Counted from the whole stretch's first letter, positions 11,097-25,388 are shown. The stretch: DNA of 63,763 nucleotides, filler included, from Pelomyxa schiedti (GCA_020536535.1; 13 parts of 13 records of this genome joined end to end with filler, not necessarily neighbours in it), one strand, 5' to 3'. Translations and numbers: made by a program. Notes: generated by a model from the sequence alone, not told the origin.

Positions 11097-13255
11097 CTAG
11101 AGGGATGATATTATGGTGTGTGCTCTGGTGGCTAGGGCTACTAGTTGGTCGTATCCCCAGGTGCCCCTGTCTGTTAGCGTGGATGACCAGGTGCTGGGTA
11201 TAGCTTCGTAGCCAAGGTGGGCACCACTGAGTGCCCCTGCCATGGCCGCGGTTGTGTCGGTGTCTCCACCACCAAGAATGGCTGTAGCCATGCACTTGAC
11301 ATAATCGGTGGGATTGGTAAGGAAGCTGTAGAGAGACCACAGCATGGATTCTAAAGTGTTAGGTCAGGTAGGGGTAGGTCGGATATGGCCGTGGCATACC
11401 AACGGCTCCTGGTGATATAATTGCACCATCGTCCCAGAGTGGATCCCCACAGTCCTTTCCAAGCTGAACTATTTTACTCAGTGCTGTGGCACTGGTTAAT
11501 CGCAAGATGGGTTCCAGTTGAAGAACTGCCTTCGCCACTAAAATGTCGGCCTTGTGTAACTCAATTAAATTAAAAACTAATCTTCAGCCTACTTGCATCA
11601 CGTCGTGTGCCACACTCCGTAAGAAATAGTGGATATCTATAGCACCTGGTACGATTGCTAAGCGAGTAGCAGAAGAAATTGCCGTGGCAGCGGCAATACA
11701 AACGCTGCTGCTGTGCGTGATTCTACTCTGGCATTGATATGAATTGGCGTTAAAAACGAAGTTAAGGAGTACCTGTTGGTTTGATGCACTTCTGAGAGCT
11801 TCTTGATTCTTATGGAAAAATAGCCCAATTGGAGCCGCCCGCATAGCACTGCCATTCCCAGTGGATGAAACTATTCCCGCGGTGTGCCATGGCACACCAC
11901 AACGGATGTTAGTTGCTGCTTGCTCTGTTGTGGGGCCAAATCCAACTATTTTGTATGAAGGTGGGATGAACATGTCTCCAATTTCTAATTTATTTGAGTG
12001 AATCGGAAATGGTATTGTTACAATGATATCTACTATTTGCATAATCTTGGGGGTTGAAAGCCCCTGTGTTCTCACACAAACTTATTATGAGCTCTCTCGT
12101 GAGCTAAAACAATTAGACGGGCTACGAAGATTGTGCGCCAGACCTGGCTATCATCCGTGTACTGGCCGAACGGGAGACCCCCTCGAGCAGCAGGAGGGCA
12201 CTTGGGTGTAGACACGAAATCTGCAACATACTTTTCTGCACATTTTTTATTTGCCCCTTCTACAACAAATCCCTATTGAGATGAAGTGAGTAAAGCTATG
12301 TGGTTGGGATGTACACAACCAAAGCATCTCCAACGCATTGCCCAAGAAGACAGCCTATCACCTGAGTAGCTTTGTTTTTGTAACGTTGATGAGTCAGAGG
12401 GTGGGTGCCTGTCCAAGTGTTGGTCCATGAACTCTTGTAGTTATCGTCGGCAGGAATTCTTTGCACCATGTAGATCGCTTGAAACTGTCATTATCAGGAG
12501 GCATTCTCTTCATAATGTCACATAGGCCCTGCATTAAAACCCATCTTATCCAAATTCTATTAAAGGGAAAAATAAAAAGGAAGGAGAACCCACTGGTCAT
12601 ATGTCATTCTATCAGTGCAAACAAAGCCCGCCAAGCAGGAACGAGCAACATTCTGAACATACAAAGGCGGCTGCTGTGCTGCTTCTATCACTCTCCTCAG
12701 GCGAGGAGCAGAGTGGACCAAAAGCTCTCCACCTGTGAGAGAGTGTAGTATAAATATCAGTGCCACCAAAGTTTCTCCGCTAGTTGGGGTCCTGCTCGCG
12801 CCCGAAGAAGAACAAGAAGACGTAGGAGGCCCAACACTACAGGATCCAACAACAGAAGTCGCAGCGGCAGAGTCAACTGGGCATGTGGGTGAAGATGAAG
12901 ATCCAGGGGCTGGCAACAGAGAATCCAAAACTTGATGAAAGAGTACGCACCACGTGGAGTTCTTGTCCACCGTTGTAGTAAACATCTCTTCGACTGCGAG
13001 TATTTTTTGAAGGTTAATGATAGTCACCGTGAGGGAAAAGAAATGGCAGTAGTAGAGCAGGGTAATTGTGCCTATGTGTAAAAAAAAAAGGGACGGAGAC
13101 GAAAGAACAGCAAGCAAGAGCATACTATCCGAGGCAACTTGGTCGCACTTCATAGAACGATTAGGACCAGGGGGCAGTGTGGCCCGCAAGTGGTCGAATC
13201 TGTCAACAAGATCGCGGAGCCTCACCGACCGCAACAACTCATCAGGCTCGACCAT
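11097..13255 (-). CDS. ADP-ribosylglycohydrolase (DraG/ARH family), probably with an N-terminal extension; multi-exon
   Basis: VIGCLLGQCVGDALG, GQYTDDSQ, GNGSAMRAAPIG and GGGDTDTTAAMAGALSGAHLG. The domain spans ~11097-12360; splicing to the 12560-13255 exons is plausible but unproven. Confidence 0.85.
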
Positions 13256-13364
13256 CGTCGAATTCGCTCAGCGAGATTTCGGCGTTTTCAGTTTCGGCGA
13301 ACAATAAACTAAGAACCACACGGAACAAAGAGCAACAAGATCTGCACCCACAGGCAGCGGTCAA

Positions 13365-15841
13365 ATGACGCACACGCGAGTTGGGCATGCTTTTTTACCG
13401 TTTGTGCACGAGGGATGGAGTTATCAGCATCCGGATAGCGTTAATGACACTTTGTTGGGTGCGCATTATTTTTCATTTGTGCATTTATTTTATATGACAC
13501 GCGGTGCTTGTGTAGGGGAGGGTGGATTTGGCACTGTATTTTTAATGCGCAGGAGGAACGGATCAGTTGTGGAGAACGTCGCTGTGAAGTTGATTAAACG
13601 ATCCAGAAAGCCAGTTCATTACCCACCTTTTCAATGCCCTGACTTTCTGACTTTGGTTCTCGAGTAGGATAAACTAGTCCCAGCTGATGAGGACGAATTT
13701 ATACTGATGAAGAAGTTGGATATTGGGCACCCAAACCTCCTACCTCCTCTGGCTACACTGGAAATTCCCTTGATTGACCCAACAAAACGAAGGGTATTGA
13801 TGAAGTTGATGCACAAAACCACTCAATGGGTTAGTGCAGCTTGCCATTGTGACTGAACATTGTGCTCTGGGCAACCTCGAAACAATTCTGAAAAAAGGGC
13901 CATATCTTCCTGAGTACAGTAAACCTGCACTCCTCAAAGCTATCACAAGTGGCCTTGTTGCCTTGCACAGCCGTGATATATCCCACAGAGATATAAAACT
14001 TCAGAGTAGGTGATCAGATGAGGATACACACTAAACCATCGCTAGATATTGTTGTAACAAGGGAAGGAGTACCTAAAATATGTGATCTAGGGCTTGCTAA
14101 GTTCTCTAAAAGTGGTGTGATGGACTCCAATGTTGGCACTGAAGGATATAAGCCGTTTGTTTTTGTTGGTTTGTAACCTTTCTTATTCAGTCACATTCAG
14201 CCCTGAGATATATCGAGGACCGTATAGTGGACCTTTAGCAGATGTATTTAGTCTTGCCATTGTCTTTATTGCAGTTTTGACTGGTAATTTCTTTGTTGTC
14301 AAAAGTATCCCTAAGCCTAGATTTTCCAGGCCACGACTTCTCTTGTATTAAACTGTATGCTCACTTTTTTTATTTTTCAAATCCCTCAACCGTTTCAAGT
14401 GGGTTTGACAATGAAGCCTTCTTAATGAAAAAAGTTCAGTCACAGCCAAAACTCTCGAACTTTTGGAAGACAGTACTCCAAGGAATGTTAACTTTTGATA
14501 CTTCCAAAAGATTTTCATCTGCTGAAGTCCTGAAGAGAATTGAAGGTAATTCCAATTATGTGTGGTTGAAGGATTCACTCCGTATGTCTTTCTCTTCTCA
14601 GCTCAGTATCCAATGAGTCGTACTGTTGTATTCGAACAAATTCCAGTAACCCTCCTCCCAGATTATTATTCATTTTCCAATTTTCCAAAGATAACTCCTG
14701 GTCCCTTTGACGATTGGAAAAGTGTATGTCAATCCAACACCCTCACTCATTCCGGAAGATATTAATATCTCTAGACAACATCCTGGTCTTCAGATAGTGA
14801 CTCCCTGGTATTTTCTTCACATTTGAGATGGTGTATTGATATTAACTCGTCTTCAGGTTCTCAAACTATTTTGTATACTTGATGTCACAATGAAACCAGG
14901 AACCTCCTCCTGATTGTTGTGCTCTGTGGCGAGAGAAGGCAAATAAAAATATTTGCCAACTGGCAAGAGTATCCTCACCTTCCCCTCCTCTTGAAGTAAT
15001 TCCTCGGGCTGTGTCACCTCTGGTTCATGAAACTACTCCCGAACCAGCCTTAATCCCCTCACACCCACCTTCACCTAAAAAGCTTTCCCCACACTCCTGG
15101 ATTCGACCCCCAGGGGATATGCCATCCAAAGTGGCTACAACTTCTCCTCTTTCTGTAGTTTCCCCATCAACCTCAACACCTACAATTTTAACTACATCAA
15201 CAACATCTAACACTACAACTTCATCTGCCACTAGCTCAACAAAGCCATCTCCTCCCTCTGTAACACAAAAACCTCTTATAACACCAATTACCCCTCGTGC
15301 TCCTTCTGTTGGGGTTCTTCTACCAAACATCGTTCCGGAGGAGGTCTCTTCTCAACTACAACTCGTGACAGGACTCTTCAGAGACCTTGCACGGAGCGAT
15401 TGCACCACTGATTGGGGAACGTGTGCCAGGTACTTTACAAACACTTTACATGAAAAGCTAATGGAGGAAAAGGATCATATCACATTGGTTGCAGTTATTC
15501 TCTATCGACTCCACGACAGAGACACTGGAAAATGGCTGTGACCTATCAGATGCACTTCGGTATATGTATCCATGCGCCAAGATAACTCCAGTGAGGCGCT
15601 GCTCGCACCTCTTTCACGCGGTATCAAACTGGGCTCAGCTGTTGGACGCCTTGCACTCTGAGCTGCACATCAAAATTGTCAACCTCTTTGGTGAGAAACC
15701 CCTAGTCTGTGCTCCTGTTTACTAACACTGTTTGATGCAGCTGATGACCTGGCAGCAGGAGTTAATAGTCGCAAGCAGATAGTGTCTGTTGCAAGGCTAC
15801 TCATGAACCTTCACTTAATTACACTGAAGGCGCTCCTTTGA
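13365..15841 (+). CDS. Ser/Thr protein kinase with Ser/Thr/Pro-rich linker and helical C-terminal domain; multi-exon
   Basis: LLG|EGGFGTVF, VAVKLIK, HPNLL, SHRDIKLQ|NIVV, KICDLGLAK, VGTEGY..PE and ADVFSLA. Confidence 0.9.
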
Positions 15842-15999
15842 GGCCACAACTTAACACGCTTTCCCGGTGCTTTGTCATTCAAAGAATGGCAATTTGTCCA
15901 CTAAACACCACTCCTTCACAGGATCATGCACAAATGTAACATAACACCAATAGAACATAGTCTTATTCAATTCCAAACAAATAACTCCACTCGTTTTGA

Positions 16000-18929
16000 T
16001 CACATGACCGAACAGTTGTTGGCAGGGGGGGCTGTCGCAGGCCCTTTGGGTGGCTCGCCTAGTGCCTTTTCTCTAAGCCATGCTGTTTGGGCAATCCTGT
16101 AAAATACCAGGTCCACATTTGCACCAGTCTTGGAACTCACCTCAATGTAATCACGCTTGCCAAATGGCTTCTTGTTCTCCTCCACGCGATTTAAAGCGGC
16201 TGATGCCTGTGTGTTTGTAAATGTCATTGTGTTTGCGGTAGTAATAAATAAACAATAAAATACCACTTCATAAGTGACCACCCTTTCTGCTGTGAGGTCG
16301 GTCTTTGTTCCTACATAAAGCACATTCCCGTCTTCCCGCCCATACCGTTCGATTTCCTGAAGAATTAAAGGTGTGATTGAGGGTGTGAGTTGCTGACATG
16401 CTCCCATAGCTTGATATTATCAAAACTGTCTTGGTTCGTAACAGCATAAACTACGAGAATTCCATGGGCCGCCCGGAAATAGGTCGGAGAGTGGTAGCAT
16501 CGAGACCTTTTCACAATTAGAGACGAGCTCTTTTATTTAAGAAGGAAAGGTCTACCTCTCATCTGCTGTATCCCAAATTTGGAGTTTTATTCTCTAATTT
16601 GACGTTATTCAGCTCATTGACTTGAGGAAAACTACCTCCCCATACATCTCGATGGTTCTGCATAATTAAAAAGCTTAGTAATAACACAGTAGGTAGGGGA
16701 CAAACTTGATCTATAGACAAAGGATATTAGACAAGATTCCAAAGGAGACTATACCTTGAAATCGACTCCAATAGTACTAATGTACGCATCCGTGAACATG
16801 TCATCAGCGAATCTGTTGAATTGGTTGCGAAATCTACACTCAAGTAATAAAGTCACCTTAAAAGAAGGCTGGACTTTCCCACTCCTGAATCTCCAACAAG
16901 AACTAACTGAAGAATAGCTAAGAATGGTGGAGATATTAACGGAGGATGAGCACTTTGAATAGTTTGTGGTAGTTAGCCGAGCTGTTACTGATGGGTACAG
17001 GGGGTACAGCACGAGCGACTTCGATTTCTTTTTTAATATTCAGCACACGATACTCCATTGCTTTGCACGATAAAAATTGGGACTGATTTTAATTAGAAAT
17101 TGTTTTTGGATAACAAAACACACTTTCACAAGTTTGTTGGTCAACCAGTATTCATCAGAGGCAATCACAGTTCTGGCAATGTGGCACAAATTCTTACATA
17201 CGCGCTGTATACGAAATAGGTCTGGTGGTGGTAGCAGACTCAAAATGTATACGACAACTTCAACAGGTATGCGAAGTATATGCTATATTCAACATTATTG
17301 GAGAGAGAGAGAGGAAAAAGTGCTGTACAATAGAGAGTGCATCTAATATGGAAGGTGGATACTTCAGTGTTGCAGCCAGCTCAAGAACAGATTGGCCATC
17401 GGGTCCTGGTACCTGTGCATTCTAACTATGGAAATCGATAATAGAGGTACTACATTGGGGTCAGCTCCAGCTTTTAATAAAGCTCCAGCAATCTCACTAC
17501 TGCAACCATTGCTCATAGCCCATATGAGGATGCCTGTGCCTTTCAGATTGATGGAATTAAGTGCAACTTGTACAGAATGAAGAGAAAGAAGTTCCTTAAC
17601 AGCAACAGTATTTTTTGCCAGTATTGCCGTAGTGAGGGGATAAAACCCTAGGAGGTATTACCAAGTTGTCAGGTAAGTGCACTAAATGGACCAGAAAAAT
17701 TGCACTCCGCAGCTGAGTCTTCATTTCCCATCACAAGTTGCCTGAAGACGCATTTGTAAAGCTCTTCATCCATAATGTCTTTTATCCTGCAGATCAGATA
17801 AATTGCAGAGTTTCCAGTATCTGTTTGGATGGCAGAGGCATCAGCTCCACAAGAAAGTAAATAATTCGCCACCTGGGAATTGAAGATGGAAAAAAAAAAT
17901 AAATCAAAGGCAGACTAGTGTAATCATACAGATAATTGCCCACAAAAGATAGAGACAAGGAGTGGTGTACTGCCCACGTTATCTGGCCTGTTCAAGTTGG
18001 AACCATGAGAAACGAGCCATTTCACAAGGAAAATATTGCCAGCATAACTTAGACGCTTGAAAAAAAAGAAAAGCTGTAGATTACAATACCTTGCAGCATG
18101 CAGCATTGTCTGACCACCAGAATCAGCTTCATTAAGTGACAGCTCTCCCCGTGACAAAGCAGCATTAATGTCAGCTTGTAACTCCCTGTTTGTAGGTGTG
18201 GAGTCACTGTCAGATGGGGGAGCAGCCATTATTTTGCTGATAAGGAGGTCAAAGGCTGGTCTTGAGAAGGGCTTCACATATGCAAACCAGTACACTGTTG
18301 CTGCTCCATCCTGAGAAAATGTGGGCACCAAAACCTTGAAACACTTTGATACATACATTTGGTCTCAACTTCAAACGTAGTGTTGTGCGAGTAACTTCAT
18401 AACGTGAAGGTGGAAATTTCTCTGCAATGGGTGATAGTAGAAGTGTGGTAGATGCAGAAACCGGGAGTGCTGATACAGTGGGTGAGGGTGATCCCCTGAG
18501 AACCCATATAGCTACAGTGGGAAGAGGTGCATCTGCTGGGAACGGAGGATGAAAACAGAACTCCTGAAAATTTGTTTTTGCAGTACTTATGAGGTAAAAA
18601 GTAAGAAACAATCTTCAAAACAAAAAAGGTACCATTGTTTGAGAGCAATTCTTCCACTTTGAAAAGGAGAATGCGTTCGTGCCTGAATGCAGTTATTCCA
18701 AAAACACAACCAAAACAAAAAAAAAAAAAAAAACCGGAAAGGTGTTGAGGATCAAATTAACAACACTGAGGGCATCCTTCCTCTGCAAACAAAGCGCATT
18801 GTTGGCTGCAGCCAATTCGGCACGCAACCTCACCACTTCCGCAGCCAGATCTTCTCCGCTCTGCACAGACGTTGTAGTCGTCGATGTTGTTACGCTCGTG
18901 GGCGTAGCCGTGGTTGTTGCAGCTGCCAT
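16000..18929 (-). CDS. Ankyrin-repeat / F-box / Rab1-like GTPase fusion with C-terminal CAAX; multi-exon
   Basis: Ankyrin repeats ([33 protein letters not shown]), F-box ([26 protein letters not shown]), Rab motifs [26 protein letters not shown] and [11 protein letters not shown], ending NNCSVM*. Confidence 0.8.
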
Positions 18930-19259
18930 TTCGCTGTTTGTGATTTCACTGCCCCACTCGGCATCGATCGAGAAATGGGGCCGTTCCAGGAACACCCTTT
19001 TCCCAGATTCACCCCAGCACACATTGTCAGTACTTGGCTGCCAAGTGTTGCGTGTTGCACCCACTCCCGTCCGGCGACGGCACTTCAGGAGAACAACAGT
19101 GTCACAGTCTTGTGCATTCTGATGGAAGTTAGCGAATCTCGGGAAATTCTTTCGGCTATTTGTTACATGTCCCAGTTGATTGGGTGGTGGGTTCCACCGT
19201 CTCGGGTGATTGTGGTGTGCGTTTGCGTTGGCGCAGTAGCCAATGCAATTTCGGCCACC

Positions 19260-22200
19260 ATGGATTCGGATTCGAGCATCAACTCCGTGTCGGAGCAAAT
19301 AGCTTCAAATGACACGCTCCCTTCGTCTTGCAGTGCCAGCAGCTCTTTTTTACTCACTTACTTGGCTCAAGTATGAAGAGATTTCCCTTCCTCTTTTCCT
19401 TTATGAAAATGCTATCCAATATTAATTGGCTGCCACTGGTTGTTTCTCACTCCCTCGTTTTTGATGTTGTTGGCATTTATAGGTGTGGTACAGGTTCATT
19501 GGTTCGTTGGCTTTGTTGAGCATGTGTGGCTCCTCTGTATCAATATTGTCATTTTTGTTGGTGAAGGAACTGAGGGCACATCCGTCTACAAAGCTGGTGT
19601 TCTTTCTAGTGTTGTGTGATTTATGTTTCAGTTCACAATTCGCTGCCAGTGGACTCAGTACAACACCAGGGCAAGCACCGCAATCACACTCTGGATGCAC
19701 CTTCCAAGTTTGTATGGACTGTCGGTGTATCTAGCTCACGTTTCAAAGGGGATGTGGATACAATTCTTTGGAATGGGAAGTGTCAGTTGGAATGCAGTGA
19801 TTTCTGTCAATCTTTTGTTGATGATGCGAAGTCCTTTCGCACATGGAGAACAATACCATAAGTGGTATCACTTATCAGTCTGGTCTATAGCCCTATCTAC
19901 AACTATTGCCATTTTAGCCATGGATCAAATTGGAAGCACTGATGAAGGAGTGTATGTATTTTCACCACTCTGCCATTGATACCTGCATCTCACCCCACCA
20001 AACTAACAAAAATCAGGTGCTGGATTAAGGCTGGGGTTTGTTTCTCAAATAAAGAATTTATAACGCATTAACATCGCATATCATCTTTTGTTGCTGAATT
20101 AAGGTGTTTGAGGGATGGTTTTACATGTTCACACTAGTTTATCTTGTACTGGCAGCTGCCACAATTGTTGTTGCATTAACGAGGATTTCTGAAGTCGGGG
20201 CTATCACCATGGATGCTAGGAAAAGCAGTGCGCATGTAAGCATTGTATTTCTTTCTAATTATTCCAGTTATAAGAAGTATGCTGTTCTATGTAAGTGTTT
20301 TTATTGTGTGCTGGATTGTACCTACAATACACAGCTACATTTATTTCTTCACAGGCTCGTATCTGGTAACCCAATTTTAAGCTTTACTCCTAGCATATCC
20401 TCTCCTAGATGATGACACTAAACAAGTTTAGCCTGGCGCTTTGTTTCTGTCTCAGATGGGTATTGCCCTTCAGGTATGATTTTTCCAAGATTGTACCTGC
20501 TGATTTAATGAAAGGGATTTGGGAACTCAATGGTGTGGATGTCATCTCCGACATTTAGAAGACACTTCAAACACTTTGTCCACATAATTATAAGGTAAGG
20601 CTCGGGTCGTGTGTTCCAATGATATCCACCCTTCCAAACCAGTTGTGGAAAGACCAAAGACAAATTGATTGAGGAAATTGATGACTACCAACGCATTGAT
20701 GCTGCTCTTAGACGTGAAGTTTTACGTGTCTTACTTACTGGCATACAGAAAGTAGACGTAGGCATTTTTTCCATAGAACTGAATTTTTTGTTTTTTTAGA
20801 GCCATATCTCTCGCTCCCGTTCCATTGGGGATCCTTCACTAATGAAGCCACAGTTCGTCTCCAATCCCCTTTTTAGAACTACATCAACACAGCTCTCAAC
20901 AAGGGAAATGGGTATACTTGCACCATGTCTTCATAGTGTAACAAATTTTTTTCAAAGGGGCAGGAGAAATGTACGAAGGCATGTTCTTCGAGTATAGCAC
21001 CGATGTATTTTACCAAATAAGAATGTTGGACAGGGTGCAGGATCAGTACATAGTAATAATCCTTAGTTCCTTCCACCAAAAGCCTTACTTGCAAGTACAA
21101 CAGACATCTCTGGATCCCATTGTTCTCCTAACACAACTCAACAAGAATGAGAAGTTCTCAGAGGGTCGGAGTGGCAGTTTTTTCGTTTTTTCGCCAGACA
21201 AACAATTTATTATCAAAACAATACCTTATGCAGAAGCCCATCTATTACACAAAATTCTGGGTAACTATTTTAAGGTCGTTTATCCCTTTTTTTTTTGGAA
21301 CCTTCTCAAGTCTTACTGTTCCTCTTACTTGCAGTACCTTCAAGCAAATCCAGATTCTCTGCTCGTCCGATTCTATGGACTTTACTGCATACACTTTATC
21401 GGTCATCTTCAAACTTATGCAATAATCATGAACAACATGTTTTCTGGAAGCTATCAGCCACATGAAAGATATGATCTAAAAGTTGGTTTTACTCTTGTCT
21501 TGTCAACTTCTGATCGAACTTAGGGCTCATGGATACACCGAAAAGTGGGAAAAAGACATGATGACAATCCCACTGCCGTTCTTGGCATGGATGGGGATTT
21601 AAAACGGAAGATTGCACTACCCAGTCAACTTGCCACCAAAATTACTCACCAAATTCGACTTGATGCTCAAGTTTTCTTCCCACTCTCTTTAACTCATTTT
21701 TGAAAATGTTTAGTTTTTGTGTTCACTTGGAATAATGGATTATTCGATTTTACTTGGCTTCCATTTTACAAACAAAAGTAGTATCAGTGCAGTAGCATAC
21801 AGTTAACCCTCTAGATTATAGGTGACTACTCAGCGTTTCCTGTGCCCAAGCAGGGCAGCATTAGAAGTTTCAAGCTTCTAAGCAATTTCCTTAATACCCC
21901 GGCTCCGGAAAAGAAGGCTGAGGTACCCACCCAACATAAGACGACGCATTACACTCCTGAACGCCTTGTTGAAGCTGGATTTGAACATGAATTGACAAGG
22001 ACTTCCTTTTGGTCTGAAGACCGCAGTGTTCTGTACCATATTGGGTAAACAAGTTCTAGTCCTATCAGACAAAACTGACCAATAAACTCAGTGTAATAGA
22101 TATCCTTCAGAAGTATGACCATAATAAAAAGTTGGAGCGGTTTTGGAAAGTGTACTGCACACGGCAAAATAAGGTGAGTAAAAATACTCTCTGACTCCTT

Positions 22201-22517
22201 CCTTCCTTCTGTTATTTTATTTTAAAAACCAACCCCAAACAAAATCAATACAGGATGGAATTAGTGTTGTTCCACCCGAGCCTTACTGCCTGAGATTTAT
22301 CTCCAACTGGGAAAATAATGTCCTATCACCCTCACCTTCATCTCCATCACACCACACCCATCCCACAAGTCAAATGTCCATAAACACAGACCCAACAACC
22401 ACCTCTGCAACACCAACCATCAAAACTGCAACAACCACAACCACAACCACAACAACCTCAAATGTAAGAACACCATTACTGGGGGCTCATTCCACTTTCA
22501 CAGAGCACAACACTTGA
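19260..22517 (+). CDS. GPCR-PIP kinase fusion (cAMP-receptor-like 7TM plus PIP5K; RpkA-like); multi-exon
   Basis: 7TM signatures (LSMCGSSVSILSF, HPSTKLVFFLVLCDL, IQFFGMGSVSWNAVIS, YHLSVW, CWI) are followed by PIPK motifs SEGRSGSFF..SPDKQFIIKTI, NPDSLLVRFYG, ERYDLK|GS, IMDYSILLG and IDILQKY. Confidence 0.9.
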
Positions 22518-22728
22518 AGGGTTTTGCTCAATCTGAGCTGTTTCAAAATCCAAACGAAATTCATCTGGAACCATGGAAGTTCGATGGCTTTTTTTCCTGC
22601 CCTTTCAGCCCCACCTTTGTTGCACTTTTTTTCCTGGTGTTGTTCGTTGATTGTGGGACTGTCACCCGACGACGGGTGACCAGGAGCAGGCTGCAGACTC
22701 GAAAAATCCAACAAATTTGGGCTGAAAA

Positions 22729-25388
22729 ATGGCGTCATTGATAACATTGGCATTGAGGAAGTACATGAGGGTCTTCCTCAAGAATTTCAGTGACAGACAA
22801 CTGTCAACACAAGTATTTAAGGGTGAAATTACAATGAGGAACATAGGTTTGCATTTTTGTTCTGTTTTTTTTTTTTTTTCTCCCCTGTGTCATGACTTCC
22901 TCGTTTGGTTGATGGTGGTATTAGAACTGAATGAGAAAGTGCTACAAGTACTGCTGAAACCAATTCCACCACACTTGGAGATTAAAAGTGTTTCTTGTGG
23001 GGGTCTAAGAATTAAGGTGCAGTCTTGTGGCAGCCGTATTGGACAAGCATGACCTTATTTCATAGATTCCCTGGAGGCACTTGAAAAGTGAGCCTGTCCA
23101 AGTTTCCTTGAGTGATGTAAGATGTATTATTTGTGAGGCAGTGGAAGTTACCCCACTTCCTGAAATTCCTGCTCTTCAAAAACTTTTCAAGAAGTGTGCT
23201 TTTTCCTTCCCTTCCCCCTTTTACCTTGATTGAAGGAATAAAGAGCCAAAATCTGAAGAACCAGACCCAAAAAAAAAGAAAGATAAAAAACACTCATTTG
23301 TTGATTCCATCATCGAGAATCTTCAAATTTCTGTGTGTAGTGGCTTGTATTTCTTTAGGACTGCTTTCACTTACACCCCTTTAGGTTGTTGGTGTTCACG
23401 TTGCCGCTACTCTCCTTGCAGGACCACCCTCACCCTCTGTTACTCACCACCCAACAACTACATTTATCCTTGACTTGGAAGGTTTTTCAGTTTCTTCCAC
23501 CAATGGCAGATGGGAGGTAACATTCCTTGTAAAGATATCTTCTGATACCCCAAGGTTATTGACTCACTGTCCCTAATGAATGAATTGAATCGAGGAAAAG
23601 CAGCAGTTACTTTATATAAACAAGCAAGAATAAATCCAGTAAAGCCCTTATTGTAGTTGCTGTGTACTTACAAAAAAAACAAGATCACTGTTTCATTACA
23701 GCCACCAAACTCTCCTCCGGTTCAACTGCTCCGTACACCTCCTATTGCCATAAATGTATCAAGTTATTCACATCAATCATTTCTCTGACACTGTCCAGGT
23801 CACATTACAACGTTCTGCCCTTAACAAGAAAATTATCGATTTACACATTGATACAAACATCTCAAAGCTATGTCTAACCTGGACTCTGGATTCTTGGGGA
23901 TCCACAATTTCTTATATCGAAAGTCTATTATCCACCTTCAAGCGCGAAGTTCCCAAGACAGGTGCTTTACCCTACAGATAGTTTTCCTACCTATCTTGAC
24001 CTCTCACAGATAGCGCAAAGCCGCCAACACCTCCGCCGACTGTGATGGACACAGCTGATGAGTTTGTACACTCTTTTCAATCTCTCCAGCACACCACACA
24101 GCATGACTCTCATTAGTATCTAACGTTGTGCAGGCTTCCAGATGGGGACCTTGATGATTCCCTCGATGCTATGGAGGTACAAGAAGGGACCCTCCTTTTT
24201 TTTACTCTCTTTAGTCCGAGTTGATGGAGGAAGAAGAAAAATCTGATTCTGCGGCTGCTATCACGGAGGTCTGTGCACTTCCTCTCATAATTGCAGGCTC
24301 ATTCTTCTCTATTCAGCCAGAGAGTCAAGTTCCCATTTATCGTTTCAATTTTTCCTTGTCCGAATTTTCTGTCTTATGGGGCGATATTGCCATTGTGCTT
24401 GGGGGTTTGAGTGTTTCCTCAACCACTGAGAGATTTCCTGCACCCTCACCACCCGAGAGGGAAGCAGAGTGCGTTTTTTCCTTGATCAATAAATTTCTGA
24501 AACAAAACCTCCTAGAGTTGCAGAAAAGCAACTGATGATGATGCAAACATTATTTCGCACAACCCTCTCTACATTGACAATTAGCCTCCAGAAGCACCCC
24601 ACTACTGGTGCAACAGAAACTGCCCTTTGGGTTGGTCCCCTCTTTGGACCAACTGACCCTACCTCCACGTTACCAGTCTTTGATTTTACGTACTTGATTT
24701 TAGAATCGAGCTTCAAAGATTTGACAATTTTTTCCTTCTGCAGGTTTGTTTCCCGTGCCACCCCTGACTGGACACCCAAAGGGATACTTGTAGTAGTCAA
24801 TAATGATGAAATCTTGTGCGAAGTTCAGCCACTGCGAGTTGTCTTCGATATTTCTAGCATAATGATCGTGTTGGAGTTTTTTACTGCAAAACTACCTTCC
24901 CTTCCCAAAAAGAATAAATCTCTTGCACCAACCTCACCTACAACTACACCAACCCTACCAACAACACCGCCAAATGTAACTTCTTCACCTACTGTGAGTA
25001 GTGGAATTTCTTCTCCAACCCTTCCTCCCTCCACAGTCACAAAAACAAAACAACCAAAGAAAAGGACTCTTAAGTGTCGACTACAGGTTTGCTTGTTTGT
25101 TATTTCACCGTTATCTCATGTTTAAACCTAGATCAAAGAGATTGTATTAATGCTGCCTGAACATCGTCCAACTGGTGGGCACAACAAAGTTGAGAAGGTA
25201 ATTGCGCAGGCCATTGCCCACCCTGCTGTAAAATCCTCTACGAAAACTGTTGGAAAAACAGTTGCAAATATTGCCGCCCAAGGCACCACTGTATCACCTG
25301 ATATAAATTATATTTGTGCTCGATTAGGTCCTATCACTCTGCAGTGTCCTCCTCCAGGACGTACCTCAAAAGGCTAGCTTTTTCATTT
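22729..25388 (+). CDS. Chorein-N domain bridge-like lipid transfer protein (BLTP3/UHRF1BP1-like); multi-exon, runs into gap
   Basis: N-terminus MASLITLALRKYMRVFLKNFSDRQLSTQVFKGEITMRNI|ELNEKVLQ...|IPWRHLKSEPVQVSL fits the VPS13/ATG2/BLTP3 chorein-N pattern. It may continue after the gap to ~25802. Confidence 0.75.

Noticed and set aside
12355-12361. Apparent 7-nt GT-AG micro-intron (GTGATAG, minus strand) before GCLLGQC
   Set aside because: Another frame reads straight through (HQRYKNKATQVIGCLLGQC), so no intron is needed.
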